From the human T2T-CHM13v2.0 reference genome, Homo sapiens: a DNA stretch of 64,000 nt. The notes beneath the pieces are model-generated. The model was not told the DNA's origin and did no database searches. It was given only the letters and a program-made list of their open reading frames with translations. Numbering within the stretch: the stretch's first letter is position 1; the number at the start of each line of letters is the position of its first letter. Position numbers and translations under genes: made by a program. This document shows, piece after piece, positions 27,601 through 42,029 of this stretch. The stretch lies in assembly GCF_009914755.1 (NCBI RefSeq), contig NC_060934.1, one strand, 5' to 3'.

Positions 27601-28680
27601 TTGTCCCTGGCAAGGATTTTATGACTACGACTACAAAAGCAATTGCAATAAAAACAAAAATTGACAAGTGGGGCCTAATTATACCAAATGGCTTCTGCAC
27701 AGCAAAAGAAACTATCAACAGTGTAAATAGAGAACCTACAAAATGGGATAAAATATTTGTAAACTAGACTTCTGACAATGGTCTAATATCCAGAACCTAT
27801 AAGGAATTCAAACAATTGAACAACCATAAAACAAACAACCCCATTAGAAAATAAGCAAAAGAAATGAACAGACATTTCTCAAAAGAAGACATATATGCAG
27901 TAAACAACCTATAAAAACATTCTCATCATCAATAATAAGAGAAATGCATATCAAAACCACAATGAGATAGTATCTTACAACGCTCAGAATGACTATTATT
28001 AAAAAGTCAAAAACAAAGATCCTGGCAAGGTTGCAGAGAAAAGGGAATGCTTAAACACCGCTGGTAGGAGTGCAAATTTGTTCGGCCACTGTGGAAATCA
28101 GTTTGGAGATTTGTCAAAGAACTTAAAATAGAACAACCATTCAACCCAGCAATCTTATTCCTGGGTATATATCCAAAGGAATATAAATCATTCTACCATG
28201 AAGACACATGCATGCATATGTTCACTGCAGCACTACTTATAGTAACGAAGACATGGAATCAACCTAAATGATTATCAATAGTGGACTGGATAAAGAAAAT
28301 GTCATACATATATACCATGGAATACTACACAGCCTTAAATAAGAATGAAATCATGTACTTTTCAGCAACGTGGATGGAACTGGAGGCTATTATCTTCAAC
28401 AAATTAATGCAGAAACAGAAAACCAAATGCCATATATTCTCACCTATACATGGGAGCTAAACATTGAGTACACATGGATACAGACAAAGGAACAATAGAC
28501 ACAGGGCCTACCTGAGGGTAGAGGGTGGGAGTTGAGGATCAAAAAGCTACCTATTGAGTACTATGCTCATTACCCAAGTGATGAAATAATCTGTACACCA
28601 AGCCCCCATGGCATGCAATTTACCTTGTAGAAAACATGCACATGTACCCCAAACTTAAAATAAAAGTTGGAAAGAACAAA
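24680..28680 (+). mobile_element. LINE-1, L1PA15/L1PA16-like, 5'-truncated with a large ORF1-to-ORF2 deletion
   Basis: ORF1-like sequence 24680-25170 joins directly to the ORF2 EN region. RT fragment in ORF 26614 ([22 protein letters not shown]). 3'UTR ends 'aaaataaaagttggaaag'. Confidence 0.9.
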
Positions 28681-28694
28681 TCATAAGAAAGTAA

Positions 28695-29655
28695 TCAAAG
28701 TAGAACCCAGATATAAATCCATGCATTCACAGCCAACTATTTTTTGAAAAAGGCACCAAGAACAGGAAATGGGGAAATGAGATTTTCTTCAATAAATGAT
28801 GCTGAGAAAACTGGATAACCATATGTAAAAGAATGAAAATGGACTCCTATTTCTCACCATATACAAAAATCAAATAAATATAAAGACTTAAATTTAAACC
28901 TGAAACTATGAAACTATTAGAAGAAAATATTGAAAAAATACTTAACGACACTGGTCTATGTAAAGAGTTTTCTTTGTGTGTGTAATATCTCAAAAGCACA
29001 GGCAACCAAAGCAAAATATAGACATATGAAATTACATTAGGCTAAAAACCTTCTGCACAGAAAAGAAAACAATCTAGAAAGTAAAGAGACAGCCAGAGAA
29101 TGGAAGAAAATATTTGCAAACTATCCACCTGGCAAGAGATTAACAACCAGAATATATAAGGAGCTCAAGCAACTCAATGGCAAAAATAGATGAAATTAAA
29201 AATGGGTAGAAGATCTGAAAAGACATTTTTCTAAAGAGACATACAAATGGCCCACAGTTGTATGTTGAACAATGAAAAATTGTTCAACATCACTAGTCTT
29301 CAGTGAAATACAACTCAAAAGTGCAATGAGCTATTATCTTACCATAGCTTAAATTGATTTTATCAAGAAGACAAGGAATAACAGATGCTGGCAAAGACGT
29401 GAAGAAAGGAGAACTTTGTACACCGTTGGTAGGAATGCAAATTAGTGCAACCACTATGAAAAAAAGTATGACAGTTTCTCAAAAAAATTAAAAATAAAAC
29501 TACTATATGATCCAGCATTTCCACTATTAGGTATACATTCACAAAAAGGCAGTATATTGAAGAGATATCTTCACTCCCATGTTTATTGCAGCACTATTTG
29601 CTATACCCAAATTATGGAATCAACCAAAGTGCCCATCAATGAATAAAGAAAATGT

Positions 29656-29740
<85 letters not shown>

Positions 29741-30250
29741 TTGAATATTGTTAAGTCATACAAGAGAATGAAATCCTGTCATTTGTAGCAACATGATGGA
29801 ACAGGAGGTCATTATAAGTGAAATTAGCCAGGCACAGAAAGACAAATTGCATGTTCTCACTCATATGTGGGAACTGAACAAGTGACTATCATGAAGATAG
29901 GAATTTGATTATTGGGTACCAGTGGCCAGGAAAGGTAGATGGGAAGGGAGGGTGAAGAGAGTTTGAATAATAGGCACAAATATACAGTTTGAGAGAAGAA
30001 ATAATATCTAGTGTTTGATAGATCAATAGGGTGATTATAGTTTGCAATGATTGATAGTATATTTCAAAATACTAAGAATAATTTGAATGTTTCTAGCATA
30101 AACAATAAATATTTAATGGATATCTCAATTACACTGATTTGATATTTACAAATTATATACATATATGACATTATCACATGTAACCTGAAAATATGTACAT
30201 CTATTATGAATCAATGCAAAAATTGGAAAAAAAAATTAAAAATAAAAATA
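28695..30250 (+). mobile_element. LINE-1, L1MA-class (L1MA4A-like) 3' fragment
   Basis: ORF2 C-terminal remnant and 3'UTR 'ctagtgtttgatagatcaatagggtgattatag...gaatgtttctagcataaa...atgtacatctattatgaatcaat', then an A-rich tail. Confidence 0.85.
29659..29739. repeat. Compound (TA)n(CA)n(TA)n microsatellite inside L1MA
   Basis: Read directly. Confidence 0.95.
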
Positions 30251-30459
30251 AATATACCAACAATGCTGTGAATAAAGGTAATCAAAGCAGCACAGTAGAA
30301 TACAGAGAGCATGGAATGAGAAGCAGACAAACTTAAATTCAAATTCATATTAGGAGACTTCTAGCTAAATGATCGGGGGCATATCACATTAATAAAAATT
30401 ATTAACCTCCAGAGAGCCAGAGCCAGAGACAGAGCAAGTCAGACACAGAGAATGAAAAA

Positions 30460-33190
30460 ACATCCAAACTACCAATATCCTTATGAAAGACGGGACATCA
30501 CTATAGAACTTAAAAATAACAAAAATATAATAAGGAAATACTGTAACAACTCTACATTTGCAAATTCACCAACAAATATAAAATGGACCAGTTTCCTTGA
30601 AAGACACAAGACTCACTCAAGAAAATAATGGATAACCTAAGACATGTCATATATTTAGTCAAGCAATTAGATTTAGACTTAAAAATTCTTCCAACAAAGA
30701 AAAATTTTGTCTGGATGGACTCACTGGGGAATTCCACTAAATGCTGAAGAAGGAATTTTAACAATTCTGAACAATCCCTTCCAAAAAATAGAAGAGGAAG
30801 TAACAACTCTCACCTGATTTTACAAGGGAGCATTGTCCTGATACTAAAGTCAGACAAAAACATGATCAAGTAAAACAATGAACTAATCTCTCTCATGAGC
30901 ATAGATGCAGAATTTCTTAACAAATTATTAACAAATTGAATATGGCAATATATACAAAACATACTACATCACAGTCAGGTGGAGTAGATTCCAGTAATGA
31001 GAGCCTGTTTCAACATCAGAAATTGAGTCTACATAATTCTTAATATTATCAGAATAAAAAGAAAAATCAATAGATTCAGAAGAAAAGCATTTGATAAAAT
31101 TCAAGATTTGTTTATGATATACACTTTCAGTAAACTATAAGTACTTCCTTAACCTGATAGAGTTTGTCTACGAAAACGTACAGCTAACATTATAATGGCG
31201 AAAGACTGACAAAGCAAGTATATCTCTTCCTCATCACTACTATAGAACATTGTTTTGGAACCTAGACAGTAAAATCAGACAAAGAAAATTAATAAAATCC
31301 TCCAGATTGGAAAGAAAGCTCTCTCTATTAAAAAGAGAACATGATTATCTATGTAGAAAATATCTGAAATCTCAAAAATGAAAAGAAAATAAACTTTCAA
31401 GAATAGCAAAAGAATTTAGTAAGTCACAGGATACAAAAATCAACTGCATCTCTGAATGTTAACAATGAACATCTTTAAGTCAAAAACTGTAACCATACCA
31501 TGTACAATATCATAAAACAATTAGATATTTAGGTTAAATTCTAACAAAGTATATGCATGATCTATATTCAGAAAAATACAAAACACAAAAGAAATGAAAG
31601 AAGGCCTAAGTGATGGGTATACATATTCTGTGTTCATGTATTTGATGACTTATTAATGAGATAAATTATTCCCAAATTGATTCTATACATTTCCAATTGA
31701 ATTCTTAGCAGGATATTTTTAGATACCAAAAAACTGATTATAAGTTTACATAGAAAAGGAAAATAATTATAATATCCAAAACATTTTGAAAAAGAATTTA
31801 TTTCAAGATCTCCCACTACCTGATATTCAAACTTTTTTAAAGTTATAGTAATCAGGACAGTATTTTATTGGCAAATGGGTAGATACACATATGAAAGGAA
31901 TAAAATAAATAGAATATAAACAGAACCACACAAATGTTTATTTTCTGACAAAGTTGCTTTAAAGACAATAATAAAAAGACTTAATTTTAAATAAATAGTG
32001 CCAGAAAAATTAGACCTCCAAACGTAAAAACAAAAATGGACCTTGACCTGTACTTCACAATTTTTATCAAAATCAACAGTAAAGGATATAGATATAATAT
32101 AGAATGTAAAATGTTAAAACTTTACAAAAAAAAACAAAGAAAATTTGGAACATAAGTTTAAGCAGCCATTTTATAGAAAGAATATCAAGAGAAAAAACAT
32201 TATTAATTGGACTTTAACACACTTAAAAAAATGCTCTGCCAAAAAACATATTTAAAAAGTGAAAAGACTAGTCAAAGATTAGAAAAAATATGTATTTGTC
32301 AATCCCCTATCTGACAAACTGTATGCATTCAACACAGAGAAAGAGCAATTATGACACGATAATAAGGAAAATATGTGGGCAAAGTTCAGTACAGGCACTT
32401 TACCAAAGAAGAAATATGGACTGCAACTAAGCAAATGAGAAGATGCTCAACAACAGTCATTAGGGGCATGCAAATTGAAACCACATTATAATATTTTTTT
32501 AAAGGCTAAGATTACAAAGAAAACAAAACCTTGTTACACTAAATACCAGTGAGGAAGTAGAGCAATTGACACACTCATGCATTGCTGGTGAAAATGCAAG
32601 ATAAGACAACAACTTTGGAAAATAGTCTGCCAGTTTTTAAAAAGTGATCATTTAACTACCAAATGACCTTGCATCACCACCCCTAGGTATTTACCCAAAA
32701 CAGATTAAAACTTATGATCACTCAGAAATCTATGCAAATGGCTATATTGCCCTTATTCATAATGGTGAAAAATGGTAAGCAATCGAAATGCCTTTCAGCT
32801 AATAAAAAGAAAAATGAGCTCTGGTAATCCATACAACAGAGTACTATTGAGTGGTAAAAAAAGAACGAACCAACTATTGATACCTACAATCCATGTGGAT
32901 GAGTATCAAATGGATATCCTAACTGAAAAAAGTCAGATTCAAAGGGTCATGCATGATTTAATTTACATGACATTCAGTAAAAAGCAAAACTATAAGAAAG
33001 AGAAAATTTTGCTACAAAGCAGCAGCATGGAAGTTTCTTTGGGGTAATGAAACTATTTCAGTATCTTTATTGTGATGGTGGTTACAAGACTACATGTTTG
33101 TCAAATATAATATTTCATACCCTAAAGTGTGAATTTTACTATATAAAATTCAGTTAAAATCATTAAACTATACATTTCAACTTATTATAT
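30460..33190 (+). mobile_element. Old LINE-1, L1MC/L1MD-class ORF2 and 3'UTR remnant
   Basis: Highly diverged ORF2 ('atagatgcagaatttcttaacaaattatta', 'aaaagcatttgataaaattcaa'). 3'UTR 'cagcatggaagtttctttggggtaatgaaact...gtggttacaagactacatgtttgtcaaa'. Confidence 0.75.
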
Positions 33191-33440
33191 GAAAACTAAA
33201 TCATAATACAACTGACTTTTAAAAAACATCTGGTATATTAACCACTTTATTATACTATCCCTTTATAGAAATTCTCATGTTAAATCTATATATTTTATGC
33301 ATAGAAAAATCTACAAGAAAAGATAGTCTCAAAAGTATATTTGTCCATGAGGATTTTGCTTTTGACCAATTTGGTTAATTCTACTATTTTATTATTTGAG
33401 TGTCTTGAAAAATATTCTGTGTATTTTCTGTGTCAGTCAG

Positions 33441-34163
33441 AATGATTGCCATTCTAACTGGTGTGAGATGATATCTCATAGTGGTTTTGATTTGCATTTC
33501 TCTGATGGCCAGTGATGATGAGCACTTTTTCATGTGTTTTACACTGTTGGTGGGACTGTAAACTAGTTCAACCATTGTGGAAGTCAGTGTGGCGATTCCT
33601 CAGGGATCTAGAACTAGAAATACCATTTGACCCAGCCATCCCATTACTGGGTATATACCCAAAGGACTATAAATCATGCTACTATAAAGACACACGCACA
33701 CGTATGTTTATTGCGGCATTATTCACAATAGCAAAGACTTGGAACCAACCCAAATGTCCAACAATGATAGACTGGATTAAGAAAATGTGGCACATATACA
33801 CCATGGAATACTATGCAGCCATAAAAAATGATGAGTTCATGTCCTTTGTAGGGACATGGATGAAATTGGAAATCATCATTCTCAGTAAACTATCGCAAGA
33901 ACAAAAAACCAAACACCGCATATTCTCACTCATAGGTGGGAATTGAACAATGAGATCACATGGACACAGGAAGGGGAATATCACACTCTGGGGACTGTTG
34001 TGGGGTGGGGGGAGGGGGGAGGGATAGCATTGGGAGATATACCTAATGCTAGATGACGAGTTAGTGGGTGCAGCGCACCAGCATGGCACATGTATACATA
34101 TGTAACTAACCTGCACAATGTGCACATGTACACTAAAACTTAAAGTATAATTAAAAAAAAAAA
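33441..34163 (+). mobile_element. L1PA2-like 5'-truncated, 5'-inverted LINE-1
   Basis: 33441-33540 is antisense and 33537-34163 is sense. The 3'UTR has 'gagatcacatggacacaggaaggggaatatcacactc' and 'gatgacgagttag' (GAG rather than the L1HS ACA/ACG). A-tail present. Confidence 0.93.
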
Positions 34164-34899
34164 GAAATATACTTTCTGAATGTCAAGATCTCGACTTTCT
34201 TTCCTTAAGTCAAACTGCATTTTAGAGTTATCCCTCTTGAGCACTTAGAAGCTGCAATAATCCTGGCAATTGGCAAACTGGAGACTGAATCTAACTCTGT
34301 AGCATGTGACCATAGACAACAGTATCATCACATTATTTCTCTAAAAAACAGCCACCTTGCTCTTGATAAATGCTGTAATTCCCATTTTAGTAGACAATCC
34401 TTCCTTTCAGAATCAGGTTTGCCATTTGATTTTATCAATCACAAGTTTCAAATGATCAATAATCCATTAGAATTATTTTCAAAAAAATAGCTTTTGGAAG
34501 ATGATTTCAACATATTTCTTTCTCTCTCACCCACCCCATCCCCCAACAAACGCAGCCCTCAGTATTTATAAATGTGCCCCATGCTGCTTTCTTGGTCATG
34601 CTATGACCATCACCAGCATTACACATGTTGTTGTACTTATCTTCTTTCTAAGAATACTTCAATCATCATTTAGTACAAAATAAAATTCATGTTTCTAACA
34701 AAAACTCTTCTTCATCTCGGCAAAAGGAGAACTCTTTCCTCTGCAGTTGTGTGTAGTTTTTGTATGAGTTTAGTAAGATATATTAGATGGTACTTCATAG
34801 TAGTTACGTAGGTCTGAATATACCTTCTTCTACTAGGTTTTAAGGTTCTTAAAGACAGTATATCAGCATTTTTGAGAAAGAACTTTAGGCGAAAATTCA

Positions 34900-35422
34900 T
34901 GTCCCATATTTTTGTTAGGAACTATGATTCTAGAGAATAGGGTGTGAGGGAAAAGGAGAGTGAGGCAGGAAGCAAGCAGGGTCAATATGACAATGCATTA
35001 CTGAGCTGGTCACTGATGGCATCAGGTATAACGAATCACTTGATTTTGAAGGACTGTCTTCAAAAAGGTCAAATAATCTCTTTCCAGGGGGGACAAAATC
35101 ATAGGCCAGCTTCTGTTTCTCTCTGAATTAAGGTTTACCAGAGGGAGCACTACCTTCCTGTACAAATGGATTGCACATCCATGAGTGCTACAAGGGTCCC
35201 AAAGCATTACATGCCTCAGTGGCAGCACTGAATTCTCACAGAAGACATGAAAGAAGCACAGAAAGGACCTGATGTTAGACCTGCCGGGTGCTTCTTATGC
35301 GAAACTGGCCAGAGGTCACTCATATTCGTTGCTCCAGGTGCTGGCGCTGACCCAGTGGCTATCTGCCCTGGATATAGGTGACACTGAAAGAACCTGAAGT
35401 GGCACATAAGAGGTGTCTGATT
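34900..35422. mobile_element. ERVL solo LTR (LTR33-like)
   Basis: 'gtgagggaaaaggagagtgaggcaggaagc...atgcattactgagctggtcactg' and end 'acctgaagtggcacataagaggtgtctgat'. Confidence 0.6.
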
Positions 35423-35869
35423 GAGCATGTATTTGTGGTAAAGCTGTAACCATAAAGCTGAAGTTCATCTTTGAATCACCCACTATACTACAAAATGGTG
35501 TATACATCAATTATTAAAATACTTGCTAAATAAATAAGATTTCTAAGAATGTATAATGGAAAGGTAAGAGTGAATGCTCACAATATAGGTGAGCAATCCT
35601 GCTTACAGAAAAGGTAATGAGTTAGTAAATTCCAAATGTATGAAATTGAAAAGAGTGTTAACTACTAGTGTAAGTACAAAATTATACAAATACTTTGCTG
35701 AAAAGTCAGGGCCATTTTCTTATTCTAATTTTAGTGAAAACAGCTGTGTGACCTCTCTGGGCCTCACTTTTTTTCATCTGTGAAGTCAAAAGCATAAATT
35801 TGATGACATTTAAGATTTTAGTCAAACTTTGAAACTGATGTGTTTGAAGTTCTGAATCTATGGCAAATA

Positions 35870-36450
35870 AATAATTAAATATTAATTTATTAGGTATGAT
35901 TGAGTACAAATTGTGAGTTAGGCACCTCTCCAGTTCCTAAGAATACAGTAATGAAAAAGCAGATATGAATACTGCCCTATTCGAGTTTAAATCCTAATGT
36001 GGAGAGTCACAAAGCAAAATAAATATCTATGCAATATGTTAGAAGTGGGGAGGCCAGAGAACTGCATTGCATGTTTACTCGGGTGGCCAGGGTAGGAGTC
36101 ACTGAAAAGCTGAGCTGAAAGATCCAGCCAAATGGATAATGGGGGAGGAGCACTCTAGGCCATTGTCTGAGCAGGGGGTGAACTTCACATGTTCTGGAGA
36201 ATAACGAACTCTTTGACTTGAGCCACATGATAGAAGTTAGAGACTGTTATGAGGATGATGCCAAAGAGTTAAGAAGGACAGATCATGTAGCACCCTAGGA
36301 CATTTTGAGAAATTTGGGTTTTACTCAGAATGAGTCATTGAGGATTTTGAGCAGATAAATGTATAGCTTGATTTAGGTTTATAAAAGGATCAGGATCAAA
36401 TTGGCTGCTATATTGAGAATAGATTATAATGGGGCAAGTGTGTAAACAGA
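35870..36450 (-). mobile_element. L2 LINE fragment
   Basis: 'taagaatacagtaatgaaaaagcagatatgaatactgccctattcgagtttaaatcctaatgtggagag...cattgaggattttgagcag...ttggctgctatattgagaatagattat'. Confidence 0.7.
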
Positions 36451-36619
36451 GATATGGAAATAAATAGTTTCCAAAAGACACATCTAGCATAATTTCTGTA
36501 AGGTAACAATGTGGCTAAAATGTGTTTTAATTTAGTATTTTTATGGTCGTCAGGGTGGTTAAAAGGTTTTATTTATTTTAAAGTAGGTAAAACATGAATT
36601 TACTTTACAAACATGTAAA

Positions 36620-39297
36620 AAACAACTAATAAAAGTTCTACTCAAACTATTTCAAAAAATTGAAGTGGAGGGAATACTTCAAAACTCATTCTATGAGGCC
36701 AGAATTACCATACCAAAACCAGACAAACATGCAATAATAATAATAACTATAATCCAATATCTCTTATAAACACAGATGCAAAAATCCTCAAAAAACACTA
36801 GCAAACTGAATTCAACAACACAATAAAAAGATATTTCACCATGATTAAGTGAATTCATCCCAGAGACGCAAGTATAGTTAAACATATGCTAATCAATAAA
36901 CATGATACATCATAACATATGATCATTTCAATAGATGCTGAAAAGGCATTTCATAAAATCCAACTTTCCTTCTTTAAAAAAAAATTTCCTTTGGTTATTA
37001 TCTTGATTAAAAACACCTAACAAACTAAGTATAAAAGAAGTATACCTCAAAATAGTAAGGGCCACATCTAACAAACCCACAGCTAATATAATACTGAATG
37101 GGAAAACATTGAAAGCCTTTCCTCTAAGGTCTGTAACAAGGCAAATAGGCTAACTTTCACCACTCTTATTCAACACAGCATTGGAAGTTCTAGACAGAGG
37201 AATGAAGCAATAAAAGTGAATAAAGAACATTGTAAAGGAAGAAGTCAAATTGTCCTTTTTTGCAGATGATATGATCTTATATTTAGAACATAAATATTGA
37301 AAAAAACCTAAGGATTCCACTAGAAACCGTTAGAACTGATCCATGAATTCAGTAAAGTTGCTACAAAATCAACATACAACAATTAATAACATTTCTATAT
37401 TCCAGCAGTAAACAATCTGAAAAAAATACAAGAAAGTAATTCAATTTACACAGCTACCAAAAACAAACAAACAAACAAAAACCCGGGAATAAATTTAGCC
37501 AAAAAAGTGCAAGATCTTTACTGGAAAACTGGAAAAGATTGATAAAATAAATTAAAAAGGAGACAAAAACATGGTAAGATACCTCATGTTTTGGGATTGG
37601 AAGAATTAACACAGTTAAAATGTTCATACCAGCTAAAGTGATCTACAGATTCAATACTATCCCTATCAACATACCAATGACATTCTTCACAAAATCGAAA
37701 AAAAAAAAAAGCTAAAATTTGTATGGAGCCACAAAAGACCACAAATAGCCAAAGCAATCCAGAACTAAAAGAACAAAGCTATAGTATCTAAAAAACAGCA
37801 TGATGCCGTCATAGAAATATACACATAAGCCAATGTAACAGAATAGAGAACCCAGAAATAAATCCATGCATTTTCAGCCAACTCATTTCAAAAATGGTGC
37901 CAAGGACATATGCTGATAAACAAATACTTTTCAATGAATGGTGCTGGGTAAACTAGATAGCCACATGCAGAACAATGAAAATAGACTCTTACCTCTTACT
38001 ACATACAAAAATCAAATAAAAATGGATTGCATACTTAAACGTAAAACCTAAACTATAAAATAACTAGAAGAAAACATTGGGGAAACACTTCAGGACTTTG
38101 ATCTAGACAAAGATTTTTTGGGCAAGTCCTCAAAAGCACAGGAAAGAAAAGCAGAAATAGAGAAATGGGATTACACTGAGCTAAAAATTCTTCTACACAG
38201 CAAAGAAAGCAATCAACAAAGTGAGGAGACAGTCCACAGAATGGGAGAAAATATTTGTAAACTATCCATCTGACAAAAGGGTTAATAATCAGAATACATA
38301 AGGAACTCAAATAAGACAATGGTAAAAAACAAATAATCAAATTTTAAAATGGGCAAAAGATCTTAATAGATATTTTTAAGAGAAGATACACCAGTAGGTA
38401 TGTGAAAATAATGTTCAAAATCACTAGCCATGGGGAACATAAATATAAACCACAATGAAATATCATCTCACCCCAGTTAAAGTAGCTATAATTAAAAAGA
38501 CAACAAATAACCAAAGCTGATGAGAATGTAGAAAAATGTGACCCTCCTACATTCTTGGTGGGAATGTAAATTGGTACAGCCACTATGGAGAACAGTATGA
38601 AGGTTCTACTGAAAACTGAAAATAGAATTAGCATATGATCCAGCAATTCCATTCCTTGGTGTATGTCCAAAAAAAGGAAATCAGAATATCCACAAAAAAT
38701 CTGCAGTCTCGTGTTAATTGTACTACTATTCACAACAGCCAAGATATGACATTAATCTACGTCCATCAGCAAATGAACAGATTAAGAAAATGTAGTATAT
38801 ATACAAAGTGGCGTATTAATACATTAAAAAGAATGCTACTCTGTCATTTGCAGCAACATGGATAGAACTGGAGGTCATTATGTTAATTGAGCTAAGCCAA
38901 ATACAGAAAAACAAATATCCCATGTTCTCACTAATATGCGGGAGCTAAAAAACTTGGTCTTCTGGAGATAATGACTATAACAGTGGTTATCAGGGGCTGG
39001 CAAGGGTAGGGTAGAGGATGGATGAAGAAAGATTGGTTAATGGATACAAAAATATATATAGATAGAAGGCACAATTTCTAGCATTTAATAACACAGCAGG
39101 AGTATAGCTAACAATAACTTATTGTACATTTAAAAATGGCTAGAAGATTTGGAATGTTCTCAACACAAAGAAATGATAAATGTGTAAGATGATAGCTACC
39201 CCAATTACCTTAATTTGATCATTACACATTGTATGCATGTATCAAAATACCATATGTACCACATAAATATCTATTATTATGTACCAATATTAAAAGA
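36620..39297 (+). mobile_element. LINE-1, L1MA4/L1MA5-like, 5'-truncated
   Basis: RT motif 'tttgcagatgatatgatcttatat' (FADDMILY) at ~37259. L1MA-type 3'UTR 'ggaatgttctcaacacaaagaaatgataaatg...gatcattacacattgtatgcatgtatcaaaatac'. Confidence 0.88.
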
Positions 39298-39631
39298 AAA
39301 AATATAAACAGAAATATATTTATACATTCTCTTTTTTATATACTAATATTTAAAACTAAATCATACTATATACTAGTATACAAAAACTATATATTAATAT
39401 ATAAAACTAATACATATAAAAATAAAGCCATGCATACATATTTAGTAACTAAAAATGTACTCTTTCTCTTTCCAAGTATTATGTTGTGTATTCCTCTCAA
39501 TGCCATGAAATAAGTAATTTTTCATTTACAGATGAGGTCACATGGTCAAGGACATATAGAAAGTGAAAGGAAGGCTTACATATTAGTGAAGCATAATCAC
39601 TGATGGCAGAAAAAAAATGAAGAATGGGGTG

Positions 39632-40140
39632 GTAGATTCCTATTACTGCTATTACCAATGACTACAAAATTGATGGTTTAAAACAACACAAATGTATCTT
39701 ATAATTTTGGAAGTCAGAAGTAAAAAATAGGTCTCACTGGACTAAAATCAAGGTATTGACAGGGCTGTGTTTTATCTGTAGGCTTGAGGCAGAATCCATT
39801 TATTTGCCTTTTCTAGCTTCCTGAGTCTGGTCACATTGCTTGGCTCATGGCTCATGGCCCCCTTCTATCTTTAAAACCAGCAATGGCCACCTGAGTCTTT
39901 CTCAATTTGCATCATTCTGACTTCTATTTCTGCTTCTCTCTTCAACTTCAAAAGACCATTGTGATTATATTGGACCCACCTCAACAATCCAGGGTAATGT
40001 CCTTATCTCAAGTCACTTGAGTGGTAATCCTAACTCAATCTTCAACTTTAATTCCCACTTACCATGGGCTATAACATATTCAACAATTGTGAGGTATAAG
40101 ACATTAACACCTTTGAGTGGCTAATGTTCTGCCTACTACA
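39632..40140 (-). mobile_element. MaLR solo LTR (MLT1D-like)
   Basis: 'ggtttaaaacaacacaaatgtatcttataattttggaagtcagaag...ggtctcactggactaaaatcaaggtattgacagggctgtg...ttctgcctactaca'. Confidence 0.8.
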
Positions 40141-42029
40141 AATGGTGAGATAAATTTGAGGTGATGGGATGCTAGATAAGTCTTTTCCTTTCCTCATAAC
40201 TTTTGTCAGAATCTATGTGAATATATATAGCAGAATATGTACCATCACTATTTCAAGGCTATCCCATTTAATTTTTGTTATGAGGTCATTGACTCTTTAC
40301 AGAAAACATCTAACATGTCAGCGCTTTGTCCTTATTATTGTATTTATCTGTGTGGTCATGAAAGAAGTGGTCTATGTGGGAGACTTTTCCAAATTATGAA
40401 TCTAGAATACCCATAAATATTTAGTCTCACTATTCCTACAGTGTGTATGGGTAAGTGTATTATTTTTCATAAGATGATGGCTGGGGAAATTGGGAATACA
40501 GAACATGAAGACAGTTAACATACGTGCCAGCCTAGTTGTTACCCCTCATTATATTACAGACTGGTAAATGTATCTACCTAAATGGAATGATGATGCTACT
40601 CAAGACTGAAGAAGGTAGCCTTAGAAAATTTTCTAATGTAGATCGTTGAATGTTGAAGACCTTGCCATGTTAAGTGATGTAGAGAAAGGTCCTAGAATAC
40701 TGGCTTTCTCCTGAAGAGACAATAGATTTCCACTGATGACGTAGAGTGACACATCCTGAGTAAGGCTATAAGGATTGTGGAGACTGACTTTATACCAGGG
40801 TGAAGTCGGGACATGTTCTTTCTTCAAAAGCTTTTCTTTAAGGCCTGCATTCTAGAAAGGAGAGACAGTCCCAAGGGTACTTTCCTAATGTCATGGTACA
40901 CTAGCTCCTGTGTTAAGTTGGCAGCCTGGGGTGAGGGAAGAAGTCTTCGTCACAAAGAATACATTGCCCAGTAGGAAACCACTATGGAAATTTATGGACT
41001 TAAGTTATTCAGGAACAGTCATATTGCATACTGAGTTTCAAATGACCTTGTGTAGAAATATTCATCAATGTCTTACAATATTCACCATAAGTCTGGTAAA
41101 AGTTACAAACTGGTCTTTATCTAACCGTTTGAAAAAAGAAGGGATAGGTGTCCACAACACAGTGCGGAGTGTTTAAAAGAGAGCCATACAAGCACTAAGA
41201 AAGCCAGAAGTGAGTAACCAGCAGAAAAGTAGATAAAGGTTCTGATCTGGATCCAGATGATAAATGGAATGGCAAGTGAAAATCGGGATATATTTTCCAG
41301 AAGATAAATGTTCCTGGATATCTTGGAACATCAAGTAAATTATTAAGTTCTTATATATAATAAAGCAAGATTGTAGATTCATCTTTTTATTCAGGCATTT
41401 GAGGAAAGTGTGACTTCAAGGACTATTGAAATCTGAGACATATGTTCTGGGTACATTAAGGAGAAGGTATAGTAGTATTGAAGAATATAAAAATATATTT
41501 AGGTCTCGTAAGTCAGCACTTCTCCTTACATTAACTATATGACTCCTTCATTGTGGATTATTATTCCATCCAAAATTTCCTATTTAGAAGGCCACATTTG
41601 GTTCATGCAAATACGAAAAGATGCCATAATCGGAGAAAAAAGTTTGGAGATCATGAAGATGCAAACAGGAGTATTTCTTAATACTTTATTAAGCTTATAC
41701 GAATACACTAAAGTACAGTTTTAATTTGGCTTCTAAGTATACTTTACTCTATACAAATTACCACCACTTGAAAGAAAAAAAGAGAGCCAGAGATGAATAT
41801 ATAGTTTCCAACATAATATAGAGGCATAGTAGCATCCTTAACATGACATATACTGTGCTCCTAAATACTGCTCCTAAATATTAAGGATAACATGCTAAAA
41901 TTTGTCTTTATCCCCATGTTTTGGGTTCTAAAATATTAGATTTAGAAAAAAGAAAAAAAAAGAAAGTAAAAAGAAACCACTCTAACACAAGGAATTTTAT
42001 TTTCATAAAACATCCATATCCATATACTT

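Noticed and set aside
33512-33946. 144-aa ORF
   Set aside because: Chimeric reading across the L1PA2 inversion junction into the ORF2 C-terminus.
34000-34025. G-quadruplex-forming G tract
   Set aside because: Standard feature of the L1PA 3'UTR, not locus-specific.
40640-40670. Possible GDFN endonuclease motif on the minus strand
   Set aside because: It actually reads GKVFNI, and there are no other APE motifs nearby.
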